Part shown: positions 8,443 through 17,927 of the stretch, in pieces
Position numbering within the stretch: position 1 is the stretch's first letter
Layout of the letters: every line of letters begins with the position of its first letter
DNA from: a virus
Length of the DNA stretch: 40,645 nt
Strand: one strand, 5' to 3'
IMG/VR virus record: IMGVR_UViG_3300028840_000558
Position numbers and translations under genes: made by a program
Notes under the pieces: generated by a model
Databases searched by the model: none
Told to the model about the DNA's origin: nothing
The model's input: only the letters and a program-made list of their open reading frames with translations

Positions 8443-9453
8443 CTACTGTACTGCAGCTAGTGCGGGCACTACGTAAATCTCGCAGAACGCGGCGGCGTCT
8501 GGGTCGTAGGCAACCCGGAATGTCCCGGTTACAACATCATCTCCGTCCATGTCATCCAGTGGCGTGAAGTCCTCCCACGATCCCACCATGGAGATACGCA
8601 GCGTCTTATAGGTGAATGAAGTCCCGGCGGTCGTGAATGCGGTTCCCTCAAATATCAAGCGCAGTTTCCGCGCAGTCCTTGCGCGCCATGCGGCGATTTC
8701 GGTGATCGCATCGGCGTTGTGTTCCATGGTGATGTCGCAGCGGATCTCAGGTCCCACGTTTTTAGCAAAGGTGAAGTACAGCGATCCGTCCCCGGTGTAC
8801 TGCGGTTCCCATCCGGTATTACAGCGGAACTCAAAACCGCGCCAGAATGACGTTTTTTGAGTGTTGCCCCAGGTGACGGTATCACCATCGATGTAGATTT
8901 TGCCCTTGCCGAACAGGATCTCCTCCACGGTCGGGATCGTGGCGGTCGTAGTACTGGTGAACGTCCCAGTTGAGACTTGTCTCCCCACGATATTTGCCTG
9001 CATCATCACCGCTTCGCCCGGTACGCCTGACAGGGTGAAGTCGGTACAGAAACCGTAGGCGAACTCCTCCTCGCCGGAGTTATCGCCGCCCTCGACCGTG
9101 TAACTTTTGACCGATCCAGTATCGCTGGTCTGGTTGAACGGATATACGTAAACGTACCCGCTGCCGCTCCCGTCCTGCGATGCCGCGGCGGACTCGACGC
9201 CCATCTCAAGGATGTGCAATATCTGCTCAAACGTGGCGGGCGTCTCCTCTAAATCTAGCAATGCCTCATATTTGGAGATATAAGATCTGTTCACGCCTCC
9301 TTTATAGCCCACGTCCTCGTCGGGGAACACCAAACTCATGTTGTCTTCGATGGTGCCAGTCCCGCGCCAGTAGGTCGTCGCATCGACCTTTGTGCCCGCG
9401 GTCGTCTCCCGCCCCAATTGAATCTTTCTTAGTTTTCTGATACCTCCTGCCAT
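8443..9453 (-). CDS. Major tail (tube) protein
   Basis: 336 aa, immediately upstream of the chaperone pair. Called on synteny. Confidence 0.65.
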   Translation of the reverse strand: MAGGIRKLRKIQLGRETTAGTKVDATTYWRGTGTIEDNMSLVFPDEDVGYKGGVNRSYISKYEALLDLEETPATFEQILHILEMGVESAAASQDGSGSGYVYVYPFNQTSDTGSVKSYTVEGGDNSGEEEFAYGFCTDFTLSGVPGEAVMMQANIVGRQVSTGTFTSTTTATIPTVEEILFGKGKIYIDGDTVTWGNTQKTSFWRGFEFRCNTGWEPQYTGDGSLYFTFAKNVGPEIRCDITMEHNADAITEIAAWRARTARKLRLIFEGTAFTTAGTSFTYKTLRISMVGSWEDFTPLDDMDGDDVVTGTFRVAYDPDAAAFCEIYVVPALAAVQ

Positions 9454-9656
9454 TTACTCACCTCCTCTATCTCTGGCTTTTCCGATTTGCGCTTTTTATA
9501 TATTCTCCTCTCTTCCTCCGGTACAACCTCGATGTATAAACCCGAACCGATCAGCGCGCCGTAGTCCCAGCCGTTCGCCTCGATCTCCTCCAGCGTCAAA
9601 TCCCTGGATGGCACGCCTGGTATCCAACTATTCCCGATGTATTTCAGTTTGCACAT
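9429..9656 (-). CDS. Hypothetical protein, 75 aa
   Basis: ORF overlapping both neighbours. Lys/Glu-rich tail. Confidence 0.5.
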   Translation of the reverse strand: MCKLKYIGNSWIPGVPSRDLTLEEIEANGWDYGALIGSGLYIEVVPEEERRIYKKRKSEKPEIEEVSKWQEVSEN

Positions 9657-10368
9657 CTTTAATGTCCTCCTCTGGTATTGGGTTTACCTGGCAGTAAGTT
9701 CGGTAAGTCTGCTCCGTTACCCAATGCGTCCCCCCGTGCGGGCTGGTCAGGGTAAAATCGCACCATATTTTGATACCCGCCTCCTTCGCTTTCTGGCAAA
9801 AATAGTTATCGTGGCTGCCCAACGTCTTGCTGGGGTAATGCGGGTCGTTGATAAACCAAGGCCACTCCACCTGCTCGAACACTTCCCTGGCGATGATGAT
9901 ACATCCCGTGCCGATAGCGTCTACCTCGGCGCACTCTGGTTCCCATTCGTGAGGGCGATATATCCCCTGCTCTGATACATAGCACGCCAGCGGCGAGAAT
10001 GGCGCATTGCGTTTGAAATTCAACCCACCAACTACTAATCGCTCCGGGTCTTCTATCACGCGCCTGCACAACCTGTGAACCACATCAGTCGGGTGACGGT
10101 GATCGGCGTCCAGCATGACGATATGCGTCTTGTCACTATCTAGCAGTTCCTTAGCGGCTTCATTGCGCGCCCGATCTGCGAACATGTACGGCTGGTAGAT
10201 AAATGGGGTCCCGTACCTGGCAATTTCGTTGATGCGCGGCCATACCTCATCGGCAAACGGTAATGATTGCATCATTGGGATAAATACTACCGGCTTAGGC
10301 CAGTCCCAATGCACCACCGGCCATTTATTCAGTATGCTGTAATCAGGCTCGTACCCGTTATCGCCCAT
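9628..10368 (-). CDS. GT-A fold (family-2-like) glycosyltransferase
   Basis: VVFIPMM..., IVMLDADH (DxD-type motif) and AIGTGCIIIAREVFE are typical of GT2 enzymes. Confidence 0.65.
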   Translation of the reverse strand: MGDNGYEPDYSILNKWPVVHWDWPKPVVFIPMMQSLPFADEVWPRINEIARYGTPFIYQPYMFADRARNEAAKELLDSDKTHIVMLDADHRHPTDVVHRLCRRVIEDPERLVVGGLNFKRNAPFSPLACYVSEQGIYRPHEWEPECAEVDAIGTGCIIIAREVFEQVEWPWFINDPHYPSKTLGSHDNYFCQKAKEAGIKIWCDFTLTSPHGGTHWVTEQTYRTYCQVNPIPEEDIKDVQTEIHRE

Positions 10369-11485
10369 TCTTTACCATCTCCAATGCTTTCTGCCCTCCC
10401 GCGGCTCTCACCGCATTGTCCAGTTCCCTGGTCAGTTTCAAATTCTCCTCGAAGATCCCTAGTGCAAATCCCTTAGCGTATCCGGCGTTGATGTGCTGTC
10501 TTGTGAAGCTGTCTAGTTGCAGTCGCGCGGTTGGGCTCTTGCCGTGTTCATACGCCTCAATCGTGTAATCCAACCTGCCTGCGGTGCGGTGGATCATCTG
10601 GTGATACCTCTCGGCATCCTGCCGCGCCTGGCCTGCTGCTGCTTCATACTCGTTGCGATCTAAAATCGCCGTTCCCCCGTTCTGCAGCATCTCGGCAACT
10701 TTACTGGCGTACTTCTCTATTTCGTGCAAATGACCTTCCAGTTTACCCAAGGCGCCGCTGGCATTGATCAGTTCGCTTATCCTCTGCGATAAGTTCCCGT
10801 TGTTAAATGCCCTGGATAACGCCGCCTCTTTGCGGTCGTAGTCCTCCTTTGCCTCAGCGACCAATTCTCTCAGTTCCTCGGCGCGCTGGTCAAATCCTTC
10901 GGTTGTCCGCATGATGTCGCCTTCATAACCATAAACCGGCTGGTTGAAAAGCGAATTGCCGCCGTAGTAATCCACCAGGATACTCTTACCCAGCGCAATC
11001 CCGGTGTAGAAAGCGATGCAATCGCGCTGCCTTATATACTCGGTATCGGTCGCATTCTCCACACCATAAACGCAGATTTTGTTAGGTCTCTTGGTGATCG
11101 CCAATGCCAGGGCGTATGCGATCGACGAGGTGAAGAATTTAAGCTCCTTCAACTCAACTCCCTGCCTGAACCCGCTCAAGAGTGAATAGCATACTTCTTT
11201 CAGCGGGTATTTGCGGGAATTGGGCACCAGCGGATCAACCTCCAGCATATAAATCACTAGGTCGCCATGGTTCTGCTGCAGCCAGCGCCAATGATCTTTA
11301 TCGGCGCGGTTGTGAGAACTGCGGTAGACCTCCGGCGGGTGCATTTGGAACAATACCCGCGCGTTCCCCTTTGTCCATGGCGAGGTGTAGGTCTCGTTGA
11401 ATATCCAGAGTTCAGCCTCTGGATTGTCAAACGGCGCCATTTCCCTAGTCGCTGGATGCGTCCCCACAATGTGTATCTCGCTCAT
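10358..11485 (-). CDS. Rossmann-like N-domain plus coiled-coil protein, paralog 2 (possible sugar-transferase-like)
   Basis: IHIVGTHP...ELWIFNE...FFTSSIAYALALAI...ICVYGVE...EY. It is a paralog of the upstream gene and is ATGA-coupled to it. Confidence 0.4.
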   Translation of the reverse strand: MSEIHIVGTHPATREMAPFDNPEAELWIFNETYTSPWTKGNARVLFQMHPPEVYRSSHNRADKDHWRWLQQNHGDLVIYMLEVDPLVPNSRKYPLKEVCYSLLSGFRQGVELKELKFFTSSIAYALALAITKRPNKICVYGVENATDTEYIRQRDCIAFYTGIALGKSILVDYYGGNSLFNQPVYGYEGDIMRTTEGFDQRAEELRELVAEAKEDYDRKEAALSRAFNNGNLSQRISELINASGALGKLEGHLHEIEKYASKVAEMLQNGGTAILDRNEYEAAAGQARQDAERYHQMIHRTAGRLDYTIEAYEHGKSPTARLQLDSFTRQHINAGYAKGFALGIFEENLKLTRELDNAVRAAGGQKALEMVKNGR

Positions 11486-12618
11486 TCGCCCATCACCATC
11501 TCTAACGCTTTCACTCCACCTGCGGAGCGTACCTGCTCATCGTATAGTTCCATCCAGCGGGTATTCTCCGTTCTCACCCCATTCGCTACACCAGCGGCGT
11601 AACAGGCATTTCCATGCTCTGCGATACGGTGCCCGATTTGCGCCCGCAATGCTGCCGCTCTAGCCGACTTATCCCCGCTCCACATATCGATAAACGGTTG
11701 CAGTTCTCCAGCGGTGCGGTACACCTCGTTGCGGTAGTCATTAGCGTCCTGGGCGGTAAGCGCCAGGGCACTCTCCCATTCTCCACGATCCAGAAAAGCG
11801 GTTCCCCACTTCTCCAGCATATCGCTGACGATGTTATGGAACCTTTCCGACACCTGTAAAGCGCCTTCCAGATTACCCCATTCCGTCATCGCTTGAGCCC
11901 ATTCGGTGATGCGCTCGGATAGTTTCTTGTTGTTCCAGGCACGCAACAGCGCGTCAGCCTTGCGCTCCACTTTCTCGCGCGCCTTGCGGATCTCCGTTTT
12001 CAACTCTCTGACACGCTCCTCGAAGGTTTCCAGTTTCTGTTCCAAGTTGCCCTCATAAGCGTACAGCGGGAAGCGGAAAATCCCGTCCCCGGAATAGAAG
12101 TTAACTTTTATCCCGCGCCCGATTGCAATGCCCGTCCAAAACGTCAGGTTGTCTCGCTGGTATTCCCACTCTGTGTCGCTTGACATTTCCACGCCGTACA
12201 CATTGATTTGGGAATACCCCTGATAAATTGCCAGGGCGATTGCATATACCGGAGTAGAGCGGAAGAACGGGCACTCCTCCAGGTCCACCCCTTGATGGAA
12301 GTTACCCAACAGTTCCAGACAAATCCCCTCCAGGGGATACCGCACCGAGTTTGGCACATCCGGGTCAACCTCCTGCATATAAATTTTCAAATCGCCGTGA
12401 TCCTGCTGTAACCATTCCCAATGGTGCGGGTCACAACGGTTGTGCGGCGATTGGTAAACTACCGGGATGTGAATCTGGAATACTGCATCCAAATCCCACT
12501 CCTTCGCCCATTGGTTAGCCGCCTCGTTCATCACCCATACATCCACATCGGGATCATGTGACGGTGCGAGGTGGCGCGTATCCGACTGGCTGCCTACGAT
12601 CGCTACGGTTTGGTTCAT
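11482..12618 (-). CDS. Rossmann-like N-domain plus coiled-coil protein, paralog 1
   Basis: VAIVGSQS...DVWVMNE...FFRSTPVYAIALAI...INVYGVE...EY. I chose the ATG at 12618, which forms an ATGA overlap with the upstream stop. Confidence 0.4.
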   Translation of the reverse strand: MNQTVAIVGSQSDTRHLAPSHDPDVDVWVMNEAANQWAKEWDLDAVFQIHIPVVYQSPHNRCDPHHWEWLQQDHGDLKIYMQEVDPDVPNSVRYPLEGICLELLGNFHQGVDLEECPFFRSTPVYAIALAIYQGYSQINVYGVEMSSDTEWEYQRDNLTFWTGIAIGRGIKVNFYSGDGIFRFPLYAYEGNLEQKLETFEERVRELKTEIRKAREKVERKADALLRAWNNKKLSERITEWAQAMTEWGNLEGALQVSERFHNIVSDMLEKWGTAFLDRGEWESALALTAQDANDYRNEVYRTAGELQPFIDMWSGDKSARAAALRAQIGHRIAEHGNACYAAGVANGVRTENTRWMELYDEQVRSAGGVKALEMVMGE

Positions 12619-13046
12619 GCAAGGATGCTGGTATCTTCGATCTTGATACCGGTGACGGTGAACGTCCAACCGGAGTAATAATCCGGCTGAGTTTCACTAC
12701 CCAGGTTGATGTTGGCGCTGAACGTGTATTCGATGTCTCCGAAGGTCTGGCAGGTGCTGTTTAGCGTGACGTTTTTCTCCAGTTCTGCCGCTACCAGTTC
12801 GCCCATTGGCAAGAGCGTTTTGAGTGTTTTTGCCAAGTCAATTCGCGGGCAGTAGACGTACAACTCGACGCTATGGAGCCCCTGTAAAACGCCAGTAGGG
12901 GCCTGCCGGAATACGCCGCTTGACGGTAATGCCATAGCAAATATCCCCGGAGGCAATTTGTCAGTTGCGTACTCCGGCGCAGCTCGTACCCCCTGTACGT
13001 CCCCTACAATGGCGAGTATTTCTCGTATCGCATCGTCAAGAGCCAT
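12615..13046 (-). CDS. Head-tail joining / tail-terminator-like protein (called on position)
   Basis: 143 aa, directly after the gp6-like adaptor. Confidence 0.4.
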   Translation of the reverse strand: MALDDAIREILAIVGDVQGVRAAPEYATDKLPPGIFAMALPSSGVFRQAPTGVLQGLHSVELYVYCPRIDLAKTLKTLLPMGELVAAELEKNVTLNSTCQTFGDIEYTFSANINLGSETQPDYYSGWTFTVTGIKIEDTSILA

Positions 13047-13049
13047 GCG

Positions 13050-13667
13050 CTACACCATACTGATTTTGAACGCGTCCAGCGTGCGCTTCGCGTCAGGATG
13101 CCAGCCTGGGACTACCGCGATCTGACCGACCTCGGTTGGACCAAGCACCCCCGTCGGGGAAGCGTTGTAGTCATGCAGGCATTGGAGCAAACACGCCTCC
13201 TTGATAGCATTCAGGGTGCTTGCTGGCGCGGTCGCTGCGTGGTAGTTGAAGCGCCCGACCACCTTGACCGCCTTGGCGCTCGTTGGGAAGCATAGAGATC
13301 CCAGTGGCAGCCGGTCGATCCTGAAATAGGGTAAACCCTCCGAGCTGGCGTTATAGGGGTAAGCCTCAAAGTGTGTGCCCTCTGTCCAGCTGGTCGAGTA
13401 TGTCCTATCCACCTCATCATCGGTCGCCACGCTGGTTATCGTGGTGATCGGGTCAATCCAGCAGTGTGATACATCCTGGGCGGTAAAGTAGCGCGTCTCA
13501 TCGCTGCCAGTGTTGTAAAAGCGCGTCCCGGTATACAGGTTAATTTCCCTGCTCACCTTGGCGATGATGCGCGCTAGTTCGGTGTCGTTTACATCATCGG
13601 GCACCTGGTCGCTAGGCCACAGTCTCGCCTTGAGTTCGTCCAGAGTGCAGTAGTCGCCAGTCGCCAT
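13050..13667 (-). CDS. Head-tail adaptor (gp6-like connector)
   Basis: The N-terminus YCTLDELKARLWPSDQVPDDVNDTELARIIAKVSREINLYTGTRF matches the gp6-like connector pattern. Confidence 0.65.
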   Translation of the reverse strand: MATGDYCTLDELKARLWPSDQVPDDVNDTELARIIAKVSREINLYTGTRFYNTGSDETRYFTAQDVSHCWIDPITTITSVATDDEVDRTYSTSWTEGTHFEAYPYNASSEGLPYFRIDRLPLGSLCFPTSAKAVKVVGRFNYHAATAPASTLNAIKEACLLQCLHDYNASPTGVLGPTEVGQIAVVPGWHPDAKRTLDAFKISMV

Positions 13668-13679
13668 GCGCTACCTCCG

Positions 13680-13943
13680 CTATTGGTTCAGAGTTGCAAG
13701 GTAAGTCAGAACCACCGTCCCCTCGGTCGATACGCCGTAAATGGCTTCATTAGGACCGACATACAGGTCGATTTTTCCACTGGCTGGCAAATAGTGCCCG
13801 GTCGTTGTCGACACCGTAGAATTGCCGATATAAACTACGCCCTGGCTTGATACCTGGATATGCACATACGCGCCATCCCTATCAGGCGGGAATATCAACG
13901 TTGGATTGGTGGTTACTGTTACCTTATTTGTGGAAAGTGTCAT
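13680..13943 (-). CDS. Hypothetical small beta-rich protein, 87 aa
   Basis: Start moved to the ATG at 13943, which has a GAGGAA RBS. Confidence 0.5.
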   Translation of the reverse strand: MTLSTNKVTVTTNPTLIFPPDRDGAYVHIQVSSQGVVYIGNSTVSTTTGHYLPASGKIDLYVGPNEAIYGVSTEGTVVLTYLATLNQ

Positions 13944-13947
13944 AGAC

Positions 13948-14322
13948 CTATTCCTCGTAAACCAGAATAAGCGCGCCTGATTTACTAGCACCTCCCTCAT
14001 CTACAGTAAGTTTAGGTCTGCCCATGATGATAAATGGTTCCCGATCTCCACCGCTAGTCCCTGTCAGATCCGATCCCGTTTCGCCTTGCAACAACCTGCG
14101 CGGATACCATATTTTGTCGGCTGTTCCGGCATTAGTGATAGTCAGGATAGTTTCGGTTACGGGATAAGAGTCCCAAGTCAGTGTCAAATCTGTTCCAGTA
14201 TCCATGTCTCCGCGGTCATAAAGGACTGCGATCAAGCGCCCAAAGATCGACTTCTCGCCATAGGTAACGAGGTCGCCAGATGCGTCCACGGTTATCGCGA
14301 TACGCATATCTTTTAGGGTCAT
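13948..14322 (-). CDS. Hypothetical structural-module protein, 124 aa
   Basis: ORF coupled to both neighbours. Confidence 0.55.
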   Translation of the reverse strand: MTLKDMRIAITVDASGDLVTYGEKSIFGRLIAVLYDRGDMDTGTDLTLTWDSYPVTETILTITNAGTADKIWYPRRLLQGETGSDLTGTSGGDREPFIIMGRPKLTVDEGGASKSGALILVYEE

Positions 14323-14498
14323 TTCGTGGCCTTTTTAGCGCGCGGCTTTGGTTCGTCCTCTAAATCATCGTAGGGTGACACTTCCTCGACCTTACCTGCG
14401 TATTTTGATTTAATCAAAAAATCAGGCACCCAGGCAATCTCACCCTTTTTAAACTGGTCGATAGCAACCTTGAATTTAACTCGTGACATTAAAGGCAT
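14319..14498 (-). CDS. Hypothetical protein, 59 aa
   Basis: Hand translation MPLMSRVKFKVAIDQFKKGEIAWVPDFLIKSKYAGKVEEVSPYDDLEDEPKPRAKKATK. GGAGGA RBS and an ATGA overlap with the next gene. Confidence 0.5.
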   Translation of the reverse strand: MPLMSRVKFKVAIDQFKKGEIAWVPDFLIKSKYAGKVEEVSPYDDLEDEPKPRAKKATK

Positions 14499-14510
14499 GA
14501 TTTATCCTCC

Positions 14511-15413
14511 TTATACTGGGTCTATTGCGGTCGTACCGAGGTAGTTGACACCCCAGTTGTTAGTTGTGACAGTCCCTGCATCATCGTAGGGCGATGTAGT
14601 TGTAGCAACACCGTAGCCAGCGCTATTACCAGACACAAAAGCGCGCGACACGGCAGAACCAAGAGTTATCGCCAGACCTTCAGTGTTCGCCTTGAGCGCA
14701 AAAGTGTTATTGATAATCCGGTGATATGCGCCCGCAGATATATTGATGCAATCTCCGGTCAATCGGTCAAAGTGGCATCCCTCAATCCACACCCCAGGCG
14801 GGTCATCCTGCACAGAAATTCCCCCCGAGGAAAGTGAGGACAAGAAGAAGCTATCAGTTACCGCGATATTAAATCCCCAATCACCAGAAGTGACGGATAG
14901 TCCGTAGGTGCCCTGTGCAAAGAAGCACTCATGGATATGCAGCATTTTCTTTCCATCATCTACCGTTATCCCGGCAGATGCCGCATTCGGATAAAACCCT
15001 AATCCTTCGAGGTAAACACAGTCCGCTACAATATCCATACATGCGGTCGTTGAGGGCGCATACATACATACCCATTTCGTTGATGGGTGTCGGGGCTGCA
15101 GTCCAATGATGTTGACTAAGCTCTTGTTGACACTAACCGGCCACGTTTCGCCGGTTGGTTGATAGTAATCAAGTATAAAGATGTAATCATTCGCCTCGGT
15201 TGTGCAGTATGACAACGCTTTGGTCAGCGTCATCAATGGTTCTTCGGGCGAAAGCCCATCATTAGCATCACTACCAGTTCCAAATCCGTTCGCCCAGGTG
15301 ATCCCATTGACGTAGAACACCTCGCCATGATTTGGTGGCAGACTACTTTGAATCCCGTCTGCTAAGTCGCGGAGTTTGCTTACTCCCTTTCTCAATATAT
15401 ATGATCTAGACAT
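14511..15413 (-). CDS. Right-handed parallel beta-helix (pectate-lyase-fold) protein
   Basis: GSDANDGLSPEEPLMTLTKAL is followed by repeated short hydrophobic/Gly/Asn rungs (ITVDDG, LSVTSGD, ISVQDD, INISAG, IINNT). Confidence 0.55.
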   Translation of the reverse strand: MSRSYILRKGVSKLRDLADGIQSSLPPNHGEVFYVNGITWANGFGTGSDANDGLSPEEPLMTLTKALSYCTTEANDYIFILDYYQPTGETWPVSVNKSLVNIIGLQPRHPSTKWVCMYAPSTTACMDIVADCVYLEGLGFYPNAASAGITVDDGKKMLHIHECFFAQGTYGLSVTSGDWGFNIAVTDSFFLSSLSSGGISVQDDPPGVWIEGCHFDRLTGDCINISAGAYHRIINNTFALKANTEGLAITLGSAVSRAFVSGNSAGYGVATTTSPYDDAGTVTTNNWGVNYLGTTAIDPV

Positions 15414-15480
15414 TATTATCCTCCTTTGCCTCCGGGGGAGGGTTGTAATACCCTCCCCTATCAGGCTCTCATATCAGAGT

Positions 15481-17763
15481 TTATACAGTAATGTTGTAGG
15501 TGATGGCGCTTGCATCGGAGTCCCGATACGCCAAACCCCAGCGCAGCAATGCAACGATTTGGTTGGTGTCGGCCTCGGGCCAACGGTCAATCTCCATGGT
15601 CATGCGCCGTTTCCAGCGCAAAGCCCATTGATCCCAGCGGACTGCAAAGAACGCGCCTTTAGTGTTATTCGATTCGGTAGTCTGATCCACTTTGCCGCTG
15701 GTATTGGCCTTCAGCTGGTACGCGGCGGTCGTGACCGTGCCGAGCAGAACCCCGGCGTAGTGCATAAAGTGACTTACCTTTACCGGATAACCCCAGATTG
15801 CGGTCAGCATACCGTTTTCGATGGTCGCCCCAGAGAATACATCCCTGGTCTTGACCTCAGACAGTTCTAATGCCTTCCAGTGTACCCACGGATCTAGGAC
15901 GAAACTAACCTTGGTTCTATCAGTCGCATGCTTCCCGGCGGTTCCCATCAGTTTGAGTGTTTCCAGAAAATCTTCCACAGCTAAAACGCCACCATCTCGT
16001 GAATTTGCGGTGTTCGTGACTAGCCCCAACTTGCGGAAACCGTCCACCAGGTTGAATACCGCAGTACCGGCGGGTTGTGCCCCAATGTCATTGATATTCG
16101 TGGTGTTCGCGCTTGATGTGTCGCCATCGATGATAGCGTGTTCCATTTGCTCCTGACCGCTTACCTGGATCTGTCGGTAAGCGTTTGGCACCCAGCGGAC
16201 CAGCGAGTCCTCAACCATCTCGCCGGTAAACAGAACTCGGCACCCCATTTTTGCTAGAGAAACGCTCTTCTGTGCAGTGCCAATCGGCGAGGCGGTAACA
16301 GACGCTACCGGGCGCAAACAGGTCGAATCGACCGCCGTAGTCTGCGCGACCTTGTACCAGATTGGGTCGGTGCTTTCCAGTGGCACAATGTCGCTTTCGT
16401 ACCCGTCGGGGATCTGGCGCACATCGCCGCCCCGCTCTAGTTCAGACAGCACCCACGTCCCGGCTCGGATTTTCTCCCACAGGTCGGAATGGTACAGGAC
16501 TCCAACCCACTGATCGCCGTAGCTGGAGTAGGTGGAGTAGTTGACCTCGTTAGCCTTGATCTCTGGCGCCAGTTTGTGCAGCGCCTTCATCGCGGAATAA
16601 CTGTGCTTGTCGCCCTTCTGCGCTTCGCTATCAGCTTTGAGTGCCAACGCCTTGACTGCAGCATCGGTGATGTTCTGTCCTTCTCCGCGCTGATGGTATA
16701 ACCCTTTCCAGCATGACAGCATAAATGCATGTTCGCCTGGAGTAAGGTCATCGAATTTATCGGTGTCGCCATACTTTTTGATATACGGCATACCGTCGTC
16801 AGACGATAGGCGGTTCGCTTTGGCAGCCTCGGCCTCCCACTTCTCGCGCTCGGCTTTGACTGCAGCGTCGATCTTCTCCTGTTCCGCTTTGGCGACGGCT
16901 TCGGCGACTTCGCGCTTTTCAGTCTCAGCCTTTAACGCATCAGCAACTTGTTTAGCAACAAGTTCTTGTACTTCTTTCTCTTCCATGATTTTTTGTCCCT
17001 CCATAACTCGTTCTGAGCTTTCTAAATGATTGGTGTCCGGGGAGGTCTGAGGCTTCACCGCGCCACCCGGCTGGGTCTCTAGCGTGGTCTCCGGCCCGTC
17101 CATCTCCGGCAGTTCGGGCAGTTCTAATCCCGCCCGCTTATAACTCTTCTGCGCTATGGGTAGCGCCACCGCGTATTGGTTGGCGGGTTGGCGGCTGCCC
17201 ACGGCGTCTAACAAACTCAACTCGGTAATCGGCCAGTGCAGGATCTCTCCATCAGTAGCGGTCCGTACCAGGTGCGATATGCTCCCGCTCGATGCCCTGG
17301 CGATGCCCTGCTTGGCCGCTTCCCAGACGCGCTTGGCGTACTCGCTGGCTTTATCCAGAACCACTCTCCACCACACACCATCAGCGCGCTTTTCATAACC
17401 GTTGGTCTCGCCGATAATCTCCGGGTCTCCCTGGGGATTTCCTTCTGGGTCGAAACCGTGGTAATACGTCACCAGGGGCTTGCTAAACCGATCCAGGTAA
17501 AATTCGGTCTTCGAGCTGAAGTACTCGCCATCGGCGTCTTTTCCCCCTTGTGGCCCCCCATAGGGGATGCCGAGTACTTCCAGCTCCCAATCCCCCACGG
17601 CTTTGACCGATATACCCTTAACGCTCTTCTTCGCCTGTTCCCACATGCTGTAACAGACCGCCACGGCCTGCTTGTTGTCCTCGGCGGTTCCATCCTCCAG
17701 CACAACCGGGATGCAGCGCTGGATAAATTCTTCTTGTGTTTCCCCATCCTGCGGTTCCGGCAT
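15481..17763 (-). CDS. Prohead protease / coiled-coil scaffold / HK97-fold major capsid protein fusion
   Basis: The N-terminal third looks like an HK97-type prohead protease (LVTYYHGFD...ARASSGSISH). The middle is EKEVQELVAKQVADALKAETEKREVAEAVAKAEQEKIDAAVKAEREKWEAEAAKA. The C-terminal 400 aa or so are capsid-like. I chose the start at 17763, which has an AGGAGGA RBS. Confidence 0.7.
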   Translation of the reverse strand: MPEPQDGETQEEFIQRCIPVVLEDGTAEDNKQAVAVCYSMWEQAKKSVKGISVKAVGDWELEVLGIPYGGPQGGKDADGEYFSSKTEFYLDRFSKPLVTYYHGFDPEGNPQGDPEIIGETNGYEKRADGVWWRVVLDKASEYAKRVWEAAKQGIARASSGSISHLVRTATDGEILHWPITELSLLDAVGSRQPANQYAVALPIAQKSYKRAGLELPELPEMDGPETTLETQPGGAVKPQTSPDTNHLESSERVMEGQKIMEEKEVQELVAKQVADALKAETEKREVAEAVAKAEQEKIDAAVKAEREKWEAEAAKANRLSSDDGMPYIKKYGDTDKFDDLTPGEHAFMLSCWKGLYHQRGEGQNITDAAVKALALKADSEAQKGDKHSYSAMKALHKLAPEIKANEVNYSTYSSYGDQWVGVLYHSDLWEKIRAGTWVLSELERGGDVRQIPDGYESDIVPLESTDPIWYKVAQTTAVDSTCLRPVASVTASPIGTAQKSVSLAKMGCRVLFTGEMVEDSLVRWVPNAYRQIQVSGQEQMEHAIIDGDTSSANTTNINDIGAQPAGTAVFNLVDGFRKLGLVTNTANSRDGGVLAVEDFLETLKLMGTAGKHATDRTKVSFVLDPWVHWKALELSEVKTRDVFSGATIENGMLTAIWGYPVKVSHFMHYAGVLLGTVTTAAYQLKANTSGKVDQTTESNNTKGAFFAVRWDQWALRWKRRMTMEIDRWPEADTNQIVALLRWGLAYRDSDASAITYNITV

Positions 17764-17773
17764 ATTTCCTCCT

Positions 17774-17824
17774 AAAAACAAAAAAGCGCAACCAGCACGG
17801 AATAATCCCGCGCGAATTGCGCTT
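17774..17824 (-). terminator. Terminator-like hairpin plus U-tract immediately upstream of the capsid RBS
   Basis: Minus-strand RNA AAGCGCAA-(25 nt)-UUGCGCUU followed by UUUUGUUUUU, then AGGAGGAAAUAUG. Confidence 0.45.
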
Positions 17825-17927
17825 CGATACATCGAACTTTTGCGCCCCTGCGATTCCCTTTTCGCCCCACCCTCACCGGGTCTCTAGGGCTATCCTGTCA
17901 CCGCAGGTACGTTATTCAACTGTCGAT

